A DNA stretch of 64,000 nt from Takakia lepidozioides (lineage: Eukaryota; Plantae; Bryophyta), in NCBI GenBank assembly GCA_030704615.1, contig CM060733.1, positions 33,666,001-33,730,000 on the forward strand, given 5' to 3'. The first letter of the stretch is position 1. Each line of letters starts with the position of its first letter. The notes under the pieces are model-generated. The model saw only the letters and a program-made list of their open reading frames with translations, had not been told where the DNA came from and ran no database searches. The position numbers were made by a program, and so were the translations under genes. This document shows, one piece after another, positions 36,175 to 47,226 of this stretch.

Positions 36175-38345
36175 CTTTACCTTCATCAGATAGACGCACA
36201 AAATTTCTTTTCAATCCTCTATGGCCATCAGATCATGCTAACAACATGGGCCTTCCACTCGCCAACTCATGAACCTCTTTCTTTCTTCTTGGAATATAAG
36301 AGGCCCCGGATCTCATCATTCTGCCCCGAAAAGGGCTAGGGTAAGAACTTGGGCATCAGGATTTATTCGTGGCTTCAATCTCATCTTTTTGCAAGAACAT
36401 AAGATAGACCACACTAAAATCACCTCTCTAGGAGCATCCTTCTGGCCCTCTGCCACTGTTTTTGGAACCCAACAATAATAGACTCGAGAGGAGGCACCGC
36501 AATTTTGCTCTCTCCTTCTCTACAACAAACGCTTGTTTCCAATGACATCTGGATACAGGGAAGAGTCCAGTTTCTAGTTTTGAACCTGAGTCAAACCATA
36601 GGCATGGTGGGTGTCATTAACATTTATGCACCAAACGGGGAAGAAGAAAGGGTGGCTTTGTGGGATCACATCAGGGACAAGATGCTGCAGCACACTAACA
36701 TCCAACAGTGGATATCGGGGGGAGATTTCAACATGGTGGAGGAGGGTACAAACAGGCTGGGACAAGCTGCTCATGTGGCATATCGACAGAAAAAAAGAAT
36801 TCATGGGACTCACTTTGCATGATTGTGGGCCTACTGGATGTCACAACGCCGAAACAAAGAGAGCTCAAATTCACATGGACAAACACAGGGATCCGCCTAA
36901 CCTCTGCCAAGCACGTCTGGACAAATTCTACTGTACAGCAACTCTGGCGTCTTGGTCTAAGTGAGTCCCACTCCAGCCCATACAGCCCGGTTTTGATCAT
37001 GCCTCCGTCCACATGATGCTAAGCACCCCAGGCTCCAGAGTGAAGGGTAGGGGCTTCTTCAAACTCGACCCCACATTCCTCAAAGATCAGAAGGTCATTC
37101 AAACTCTGCAACAAACATGGGCAACTGCGGAGGCACCTTTCACTTCACCAACTTTGCGCTTCCTGACAAAACTCGAAATACTCAGGAACAAATGCCAGGC
37201 AATCTCACGGAAAAAGCAGAGGATTCTAACAGGAGGCAGAAAGCCCTCACGAAGTGCCTGGAGGTTTGCCAGTATCAATTGCAGACTGGACATGAGGGCC
37301 CTTACACAATGTTTTCATACAAAACTGCCAAACAGAATTTGTCCCTACTGTTGCATGCCAAAGAAGAGTTCATGAGGATCAAGGCAGGAGTCAAGTGGTC
37401 ACTCAAAGGCGAAAAGATGAATAAATACTTCTTCATCAAAACAGCTCAAATGCGTTCTGCAACCCTTGTTCTGGCCCTGCGGGATTCAGCCACAAGTCTG
37501 CTGGTGGACAACCCCAGGACAATGGCTCATGTGGCTGCAGGTTACATCAAAAACCTCTTTAAAAAACAACAACCATCACTTCTAAAAGACCAGGCCACAG
37601 CAACCCTGCTGCAGCACATTCCCTGCGCAATCTCTCAAAGGGACAAAGCAATTTTGACTGAACCATTCTCCATGGAGGAACTGGGTAAAGCGATGGACTC
37701 CATGGCATCCCAAAAATCTCCAGGCTTGGATGGCCTCCCTGTAGAGCTCTTCAAAGCAATGTGGCAGACCCTTGGGGAAGAAAACCTGCTCATGGCCAGT
37801 GACATTCTTGAAAAGAAAATTATGCCATCACAAATTTCTGAAGGACTTCTTAGTCTCATTTTCAAGAAGGGAGACAGGGAGGATATGGCCAACTACCGCC
37901 CTATTACATTGTTGAAATCCACCTACAAAATTATAGCAAAGGCCCTTGCATTGAGGCTGCAACCTCTGCTGTCAAAGATGATAAGGCAAAACCAAACAAG
38001 CTTTCTCAAGGATCGCATGATTCTAGACAACATCCTTCTGGCACATGAGGCCCTGCACAAAGCTCATGTGAACAATCAACCTTTGGCATTTCTTATGTTA
38101 GATTTTGAAAAGGCATTCGACTCCATAGATTGGACATTTCTGATAGGAGCCTTGGAGAAGACAGGGCTTGGGGGCCCCTTTCTTTCTTGGGTTCAGATCT
38201 TGCTGCACTCGGCCTCCAGCAGAGTGATGGTAAACAATGTGGTCTCCAAGAGTTTTCCAATCTCCAGATCGGTTAGACAGGGGTGCCCCTTGGCCCCATT
38301 TCTATTTTTAATAGCTGTAGACTCCCTGGGTCACTTGCTTGACCA

Positions 38346-39525
38346 CCGAGTGGACTGTGCAACACGCTCTTCTTTAGCTGTCCTCTTCAGTGTCGACACA
38401 TTGCGAGCCATTCAGCACTATACTTCCTGCAACGCACCACCTGACCACGCTAAACATGGTTTGGACTCCAATGCTTATTGCGGCCCCTGCCAATGAGGTA
38501 AAAATGTGCACCTGTATGTTACGAGAGTATTGCAACTTTCATGGTTTTGTCATCAGGACCATTATACAACAACATTCAAAATGATTTGGCTCTCGTTTGT
38601 GCATGAGGAGGAATTCCGGGTCTTACAACATTGTGTAACAGAAATTGACAAAACGTCTGCCTTGTCTTCTTGTTTGACCCATAACCAATGTTAGGCATGA
38701 GGATCCCGCCTTTGAACTTGCACTGAAACCGAGAGTCCATACACCATCCACTAGGTGCACTGTCTTCTTGTTTGAACCATAACCAATGTTACGCATGAGG
38801 ATGCTGCCCTTGAACTTGCGTTGAACCCGAGAGTCCACAAATCATCCCCTAGGTGCCTTGTATTCTTGTTTGACCCATAACCAATGTTAGGCATCAGGAG
38901 GCTGCCTTTTAACTTGCGTTGGACCCGAGAGTCAATACATACATCATATCCCTAGGTGCCTTGTCTTCTTGTTTGACCCATAACCAACCATTTGCTGTTC
39001 ATTACAATCAAAGCCTACAAGCCAGGATATAACTATCCACTGTATGAAGTGCATAGAAGCCACTGTTGTAAATGCATACACGACACGAAAATGAGAAACC
39101 ATCTTTTAACGACATTACAACGAACAGGCACAATTTTTATTACAAAGTTATGGAGGGACACAAAATGTCTAAAACTGTGAACATCTCGAGACCCCCCAAA
39201 ATGATGAAATTTGCATTTCAGTCACTAGAACTATCCCCTGAAACTTGTGCCGTATCATCGACGTAAACCCGAGCTCCGAGGTGCCTGTTGTGCTTTCGAG
39301 CACATGGGGGAGATAACATGAAACTCTGTTGACGAGCAATGGCCTCCGCGTAGTCGGATAGGATGTATGAACGTGGAGGGCTGCATCAGAAGTCACTGTG
39401 AATAAAAGAGACGTCGACCAAAGGAATAGCTTCCAATATCCTGCCACCAAAAGATCCACAATTGCAGCAGCCACCATTAATGGGATATGGGGGGCCATTT
39501 TCGCGGGAGAAATCGGATGCTTATA
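38346..39525. other. Unclassified ~1.2-kb insertion in the LINE RT, with ~3.4 tandem copies of a ~97-bp unit (38655-38990)
   Basis: RT homology stops after DSLGHLLD and resumes at ...RLHLP...SMYADD. Unit TGCCTTGTCTTCTTGTTTGACCCATAACCAATGTTAGGCATGAGG...CCTAGG. Confidence 0.7.
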
Positions 39526-41771
39526 GAAAAACAACTTACTCACATGCGAAAAGGCTACACCTGCCAACACTCATATCGGAGATGCTCAAATTGTCTATGT
39601 ACGCAGATGACACAGTTTTGTTGCTTGACAATTCCACCACAAGCAACATTGATAGAGCTCTTCATACTTTGTGCACCTTTTGCCTGGGTTCCGGACTGAA
39701 GATAAACTGGAAAAAGTCAATAGGGATCTTGTCCCAGCTGCAAGACAGCTCAGGTGTGACACATTGTCAACCCTGGGGAGCTGACATCGGCTTGAGGTGG
39801 TTGCGCCAGTGCCAAAAACATCAAAACTTTGGGCTCAATCACTTAGATGGATTGTTCAAGGCAAAAAACGCGGCAGTGGCTCTCGGCTCCAGACCTTGGC
39901 AATCTATCTGGAGAGCGTGGCAAAGCATCAGGGGTAACCTTACCTAAAGAATGCCAGCCAGCCGGCAGGAATGTCTTCGGCAACTCCTATTCTCAAACTA
40001 CAACATGGACTCTCCTGTCTTGCTCACGCAAACCCCTCGCTGGGCTTTCTGGAAGGGGCAGGGTTTCACTGACATTGCAGCAATGCGCTCGGGGGAAAAT
40101 TTCCTTACAGAAGAGGCCATATCAGGAACCTTTGGCAGGAGGAGATCCATGGCCTGGGGCGCTCTCCTGGCCAATATCTTGCAATACATGACCCCATTGC
40201 TGGAACAACAAGCTCAGAATTGGACGGCTCCTGTCTGGATGGCTTGCAACAGAGACAATGAAAAGATAGTGATATTGGTCATAGAAACTCTTCGACCAAT
40301 GGCATTTGGACTGGGGTTTCACACAGATTGCGAGGGTGACCTCTCTTATACAGGGATGGTGGAGGTTCCTAAAACAAACTTGTTCCACATACGGGTGCTT
40401 GATGGCAAAGGAAATGCAAACCCCTTGCCACCTCAAGGGATGGAGGCTCAATGGGCCCGCCATGAAACACTCACCTGGTTTCTCATCTGCCCTTTGGAAG
40501 ATCTGCGGTTTGACCCAGGGGAGTGGAAATGGATGGACAAGAAGAAAACCCCTTTCTTTGGATACACAGTGAAGAAAGGGTACTCCCTGGCCTGCCCGCC
40601 CCAATCCTTTAGAGGTAAATGGTCAGCAAAATGGGGCAACAACAGCCTTACCCAAAGGATTTGGAACAAGATATGGAAAGATGTTTGGAGGAAGCACAGG
40701 CCTGCAAAGATATCAGGCTTTCTATGGAAGCTCGTACACAGAATCATTCCAGCCAGGCAGAAAACGCATGAGGATAACCCTACCTATACTCTCTGCCATT
40801 CACAAACGGAATCCATAGAACATTGTCTGCTGTCCTGCAATCTTTCAAGTAGAATCTGGGGGCGGGTTCTCTCGTTCTACTCTCATTGGGCTTCTTTCCC
40901 AGCCCCTTCTCCTCCATCTCTACTGCTTTTAAATTTCCTGCCTGGTCTAACAATGAGTGTTTGCCCAGTATGGAACACTCTTAGAGCCCACACCTTGTGG
41001 AGTCTATGGAGAGCCAGATGCAATTGGGTTTATGAAGGAAAAGCCCCCTGGGGCAGATCAATCCTCTTTCACATTTATTTTGATCTATTAACTGAGGGGC
41101 GAAAAGCGTGGGACACTGTTTGTGCAGCTCTTCCCAGAACTTCGGAGCAACGAGGGATGAAGCTGCTTCAAGATTTCGCCGAGTCCTGGGGCAAAGGCAA
41201 CTTGCTCGGCACCAATCTACCCAACATGCGCTTTACCTGGAATCAATCAATCCCCCCTCAATGGGAAGTCCCCTGGTGATGGAGACGAGGCAGACTTCAA
41301 TTGGAGGCATAAGAAAAGTCGAGATCCTAAATTTAGAACTCAGCTCAAGTTCTAAAGTACCGAATCTGTCTTCACATTGCCACTGCAGATCTTCTCCAAC
41401 TCCTTGTCTTCTCAGCTCGTCAACTCCGGATCAGCTCTGCACCTCATCTTCGCATGACCTTTGTGCTCTTATTTCAAGGAGTAGCTAGCTATCTCTCCAA
41501 TCTAAACCATTCTCGGAACAATGCATCCAAGTCTCTCTTGCATAGATCTTTCTTACTGCTCTTTCACCCTGCCCTAGCATAGCACGTTATCTCTCTTACA
41601 ACCTCTGCTTTACCACTATTCACTCCCTCCCTATCTACTGATAGCAAGTTCGCTACGGCCACGGGGATGTTTTTGGGTGGTTATTTTTTCCAACAATGTG
41701 ACATCTTCTTTTAATTAATTTGACTAAAAGGGCCTCTGTCCCTTTCCATTAAAAAAAAAAAAAAAAAAAAA

Positions 41772-41869
41772 CCTATTAAGGGGCCTGATTTGTGAGCTGT
41801 CGCTCCCAGGTGCTTCCCTTTTTAAGCAAAACAGAAAAAGAAAAAAGAAAAAGAAAAAGAAGACAAGAA

Positions 41870-41903
<34 letters not shown>

Positions 41904-41932
41904 AAGGGAAACCTGGGAGCGACTGCTCACAA
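41772..41932. repeat. SINE-A 3' remnant, A-rich/(AT)n tract and an inverted partial SINE copy
   Basis: TTGTGAGCTGTCGCTCCCAGGTGCTTCCCTT (41790-41821) versus AAGGGAAACCTGGGAGCGACTGCTCACAA (41904-41932). Confidence 0.7.
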
Positions 41933-41968
41933 TTATTTTCTTTTCCCAGGCGTGAGACTGAGCAAGAC

Positions 41969-41976
41969 TAGGGTTT
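41969..41976 (-). promoter_or_regulatory. Telo-box (AAACCCTA) near the SEC61-gamma start
   Basis: TAGGGTTT lies ~60 bp upstream of the ATG. The motif is typical of plant translation-related housekeeping genes. Confidence 0.45.
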
Positions 41977-42036
41977 GCTTCTGCCGGGGTCTGTTTGTTT
42001 GCGAGAGAAAGGGAGAGCAAGGGAGAGGGTGCTGCA

Positions 42037-42573
42037 ATGGAGGCCGTTGACACGGTGGTGAGGCCGATTAAGGAGTTTACCAAGGACAGCATCCGCCTCG
42101 TGAAGCGGTGCCACAAGCCAGATCGCCGAGGTAATGATTTCACTAACGTATCCCATCTTCGCGTCTTCCTCTTTTAGGCCCTTATTTTCCCGTCTTGGTG
42201 TTTGAAGTTTGCTGGAGTTAAATGTCCTCCAATTTGTAGCGTTCATGAAGATTTCTGTGTTCCGAGCTCTTGCTGGTCACTGTATTCGGGTTCATGGATA
42301 GCACACGCTGTAGTTTTGGTCTCTCTGTTTGTTAAGTGTTTGGAATCTAGGCGTGCTCTGGTGTCGGGTCCCTTCCAACAGACCTGGTACTCTATCTGAG
42401 TAGTAAGAGCTTTATCGTGTACTGACAATCTGTATATCGGGTCGTTGAACGTGTCAGAGTTTTCTAAAGTGGCGATAAGAACCGCCCTCGGCTTTGTTGT
42501 TATGGGCTTCATTGGCTTTTTCGTCAAATTGATATTCATACCCATCAACAACATCATTGTCGGATCTGGATAG
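42037..42573 (+). CDS. SEC61G: Protein transport protein Sec61 subunit gamma (69 aa; exons 42037-42130 and 42458-42573)
   Basis: Spliced product [69 protein letters not shown] with a GT-AG phase-1 intron. Confidence 0.97.
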
Positions 42574-44707
42574 CACCTGGGTAAGCTTCTTCTCATGTCA
42601 GCGGCGATCCAGAGAGTATGCGGTGGAGGTCCTGGAGGCCCTAATTTTTCACTTGGTTCTTAGATATTATTGGTGAACCGCATGGACCTTCTATTTGTTG
42701 GATTGCAAAGCAAACTGCGGGAGTATGGGGGATTCTCCTTTTTTAGGTGTTTGAATTGATCAGAGATGATGTAACATTTTTGATGAGGAATATTTTGTTC
42801 CATCACAGAGTTTTTAAATTGATAAGCAATAAGCACACATCAACTTTGAATGTGGGTGCTTTCTCTATCCCATTAATTTTTTGACAAGGGGACAAATCAA
42901 GTATTTGTTGTCTGGGGTCCTTATTGTAATAGATCCTGTGCAGTCTGGATGGAGTAGTTTGTGAGGGTAAGAGAAAGAGAGCTGGGCGGAACAGGGCAAT
43001 CTCATAGCACCTCCCTTCACATTCTAAAAACAAGGCGTCAACAGTATTGGCTGGGGTGTTGAAGGTTAGATGTAGTGTGAGAAGACTGTCAAAACTCAAC
43101 AGCATTGCACTGTTATGTGTACAGGGGAATGAGTTGATCATTTATGGCTGACGGATCAATGACAGCCATGGTTCCTTCTGTGTATTATGTGAAGTTTGGA
43201 GAGGTTCAATTGCCAAGTTTGATGCTCAATGACAACTGTTGGTTGAGATTGGAGTGGATGCTTGCACGATGGGAGTGAAGTAGAGCGAAGGCTGTGGGGT
43301 GGTTCCCAAGCTTCACATTAAGATTCTCAAGTTTTGTAAGTTTTAGAGACAAAATTGTAGGGGGTTTAGGCCGATTCATGGAAATGTCTTCTGATTTTCA
43401 ACTTGGTGATCTCATGGTGAAATCAGCTTTGGACGGTCTTTGAACTGGGTACGCTTATCAGCCTGATCACTCTGTTGGCTTGATTTTGATCTTCACTTAG
43501 GGTGTCCAGCGTAATCCACATCCCTCATGCACATGCGGAACTGTTTTCTTACTTCTAGTGATTGGGTGATTGACCCAGCTCGAACAGTCAGTTCGGGGTG
43601 AACTTCAGTCAAGTTTTCAGGAACTTGTGAAAGAGTGGTCCTACTTTGGCTTAACTGGATCTTATGGCAGCTGATCAAATCCTATGAAGAAATATTGTGA
43701 GAGCTGTCTGGCAATATAGTTCATTCACCCCCATGAAGGAGGGATCTGAGGGAACTTATAGCCAGTTCTAGAAATTTTTCTTGGAATCAGACACCTACCT
43801 GCTGGTGGCTATCAACACAGAAGATCTAACAATTTTTTGTATGTCGTATTGAGGTTGATCACATCCTGGGTGTAATAGTTCTGAGGTGTTCGGCACCATT
43901 TGTACATAAGAGAGCTCCAGCTCTACATGCTCTTGTGTAGATTGAAGTATTACTATGGAGATCTAAATGCGAGCCAAGGTCTACTGCTAAAAACCAAGTG
44001 TCAATAGACTAATTTCTGTTCATGTTCTGCAAAAAGCAGTCTCATCAATTCACATATGCAGCAAGTACCAATATGTTTAAAGTTCCATTTCCTGTACATC
44101 TATGTGCAGGGATGGTATCTCTACATTGAAGCATTCATACTTGATCTTCAGAAACCTACTGAAAAGTATTATCCCAAAATGAACACTAGATGCCCATCTT
44201 GCAAAAGAACTAGAAAGTCATTCTTGGGCCTCGGTCTGAACCACGTCCAACCATACTCTACTCAGTTTTCAGTTCAAGTGGAGAGATAGTTGGTACTTCG
44301 CAGTTCCAAGAAAAGCTGAAGTGGGTTTTCTGGTGTGAAAAGAGGTTTCCAAAGGACTGTGTAGGAATTTTAAGGGAATTGTAAGGGAATAAAGATTTGA
44401 GTCACGAGTGTTCACACAGCACCTCAGGGACAGTTGTGCAAAGGACCTGAATCGGGATGTGTGTGGAGAATGGGCCTAAGATGTAAGTAAGAAGGCAGCG
44501 ATTGTAGAGAGCCACTGGCTTCACGCAAGAATCTATCGATGTGGGTTTGTGGAACCGAGTGTGTTGCACATCTGTGGAGAGTTGGATGCGGGTTTGTGTG
44601 ATTCTGTTTGGAGAGGGAGGGGTGATGTGAGGCTGTGAGGATCACTAAGTAGATGTGACTGTGTGGATGTCTTGTTCAGCCAGAGCATTTTCAGAGGTTT
44701 TCCCGAG

Positions 44708-45709
44708 ATGGGTGGCCCTCTCCCCTCTCTGCCATGCTTGGGGGACCAGTCTCTGTCCAGTGAGAGCCCTTCGCAATCTACTGTCACCTCTGCCCCTACA
44801 GGCACCGAGAATATTATCGAGATCCCATCCATTGTGCGGCTCAATGTTGGGGGAACCATCTTTGCAACAACAGTGGAGACTTTGACACAGCGGGACACAG
44901 ATTCCATGCTGGCTGTCATGTTCAGTGGTCGGCATCGCCTGCATATGGATCCGAAGAAGGGGGCAGTGTTTATAGACAGAGATGGCACACATTTCCGACA
45001 TATCCTGAATTGGCTGCGTGATGGCATTGTGCCGATGATGGAAATCCAATCGTATCAGGAGCTGTTACGGGAGGCTGAGTATTACCAACTGACGGGGTTG
45101 ATGGAGAATTTGATGCCACTCCTCTGCAAAAAGGATGAGGATGACAACACCAAGCCCGAGATGACGCGCCGTGATGTGATCAAGTGTCTCCAGTTTGAGA
45201 AAGTGCGCCTCCGCGGGGTCAATCTGTCAGGGCAAAACCTCTCCAAACTGGATTTGAGTAATGTGGACCTCAGTCACGCTCGGCTTATCAACACCTTCTT
45301 TTCTCGTGCCAAGCTGCAATGTGCGCTATTCACTGGAGCTGAGGCAGACGGTGCCAATTTTCACTACGCCAATCTCTTTTCTTGCTTGTTTAATGGGGCT
45401 AGCATGCGTGGATCGGTGTTGGCTGGTGCCAATCTGCAAAGTGCCAACCTGGCAGATGCCTGTTTGGTCAATTCCAGTTTCTGCAATGCAGACCTTCGGT
45501 CTGCCCACTTACAGAATGCAGATCTTTCAAATGCAAATCTTTCTGAAGCAAATCTAGAACAAGCAAACCTCAAGGGTGCCAAACTAAATGGAGCCAACCT
45601 GCGTGGGGCTAATCTTCAACGAGCTTATCTGGCTCATGTCGATCTTAGAGACACTGTGTTGGAGGGGGCGCTCCTCGGTGGTGCCAATTTGCAAGGAGCG
45701 ATGCGTTGA
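44708..45709 (+). CDS. FIP2: BTB/POZ (T1) plus pentapeptide-repeat protein, FIP2/KCTD9-like; intronless CDS
   Basis: VRLNVGGTIFATTVETL...DSMLAVMFSG...VFIDRDGTHFRHILNWLRDG...LLREAEYYQL, followed by A(D/N)Lxx pentapeptide repeats. First in-frame ATG at 44708. Confidence 0.92.
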   Translation: MGGPLPSLPCLGDQSLSSESPSQSTVTSAPTGTENIIEIPSIVRLNVGGTIFATTVETLTQRDTDSMLAVMFSGRHRLHMDPKKGAVFIDRDGTHFRHILNWLRDGIVPMMEIQSYQELLREAEYYQLTGLMENLMPLLCKKDEDDNTKPEMTRRDVIKCLQFEKVRLRGVNLSGQNLSKLDLSNVDLSHARLINTFFSRAKLQCALFTGAEADGANFHYANLFSCLFNGASMRGSVLAGANLQSANLADACLVNSSFCNADLRSAHLQNADLSNANLSEANLEQANLKGAKLNGANLRGANLQRAYLAHVDLRDTVLEGALLGGANLQGAMR

Positions 45710-47226
45710 CATTTTTTGGTGCTTTTCCAATTTTACTAGGTTTCTCTTCTTACTGTCAAATGTAACTAACAGTTCAGGACTTCAAAGCTGCTGTCAGAGT
45801 CTCCTTACACTGTACATTGAAATAACAAGGGGGCAGTTTGACACCGGTGCAGGCCATGGAGTCTTTTTTGGGATCTTTATTAAGGGGCATAGGGGCCAGA
45901 AATTAGTGTCACCACTTCTGCCTGGATGTCATCGTTGTGGCAATTATCAATAAAGCTTCAAGGTGAGGTCCTAGATCAGTTACAGATTCAACACAGTGTT
46001 TTTGAAACTTTGCCCGAGGCCAACGTTTCAGCGTTGGTTTATCTTTCCTTGTATAAGAGGGAATCTAATCAAGACTGAGGAATGTGCAAGGAGTGATTTG
46101 TCTCAAGATGGGCCCTTTTGTTCTCTGCTCACTCTGTGTAACCTGCATTTGGGAACTGAACATATAAGGCAGGCAACTGTCAGGTCTCCATACAACTAAA
46201 TGTGTGGTGAAAAAGATCCAAGGGAGATTTTTGCAAAAGAATTGGTTGGTTGTGCACAGGAGAGAGAACCCTGATGAATTCACTGCAGGCAATCTGCGGT
46301 GCTTGAGTTGCTGTACACAGAGATGGAGATATATGGGAGGAAAGGAAGGAAACCGAGTTCACATGAATCCAATGCAGGCTTTTGGAGTGACAGGTTTCCT
46401 GTATGTCTTGAGCATGGTTGGTGCTACACATTCAGTAACAACACAGCTCATATTCCATGTTTAATTGTTGCAGTTCTAACGCAGTCACAAAAGTTCGTTG
46501 GCAGATTGGGAAGTACCGTAGCTGTCACCCTAGTGAATTCAAAGATGCTGAGCTCTGCATAAAATATGTCATTACTGCTGATACAACGGAGTGCAAATGA
46601 ATCAATGAACTTGCAGTGAAGCATGGAGGGCAGCATATCCTGTTCAGTTTTATAATGCAGCCCTAGACATTTCACTATAAAGCTTCCAACCATCGTAATG
46701 AAGAGATTGCTTACAGTGCTGAGACTGCAGAGTCATCCTTAAAATTTTTTGCGACATGCAGCCTTGTGGCCAAAGGCCCAAAATAGTTCAACAGAGCAGA
46801 AAAGTAGAGGAGGGGAGTTGGGGTGGGAGCAAATGCACTGCCTAGCATCCCATAAGGCTCTGTCGACTAGTGTAACTTACTTTACAGAAAAGTAAATAAA
46901 AAGAAAGACATAATCTGCCCCTCAATTGGCCAGAGAACACAGGTAGAACACCACATAAACCAAAATGCAACTAAAACCTCCTAAGTTACAAGGGCAGAGT
47001 GCCCTATTGGGGGTTCTCTGTCCTATTTACAAAGTCTATACTGGGTCATTTTCCCTGTTCCTTGCTAAAAAGAGAAAATGCACAGGCGACTGACTTTTAA
47101 GGGCAAGAGACTTGTATGGGCAAGAGACGAACACTGCCAGGAGTTTTACATGGAGGGTAGTACTTTAGGCACTGTTGTGGCAGCACTGGCCCGCAACAGC
47201 TGTTGGTTTGATTGGAGCAAGTCACT

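Larger units (their letters stand above)
33170..41771 (+). mobile_element. Near full-length L1-clade LINE (ORF1 zinc knuckle; ORF2 APE-RT-zf; poly-A tail), inactivated
   Basis: ORF1 CFRCNVEGHVKADC. ORF2 from 36269: SWNIRG, FLQEHK, INIYAPN, GGDFN, KSPGLDG, NYRPITLL, DFEKAFD, VRQGCPLAP, YADD, ESIEHCLLSC. Stop at 41279; A-tail 41750-41771. Frameshifts and two insertions. Confidence 0.95.

Noticed and set aside
45200-45709. Pentapeptide repeats as a Qnr/MfpA-like or bacterially acquired gene
   Set aside because: They are fused to a BTB/T1 domain, the normal eukaryotic FIP2/KCTD9 architecture.
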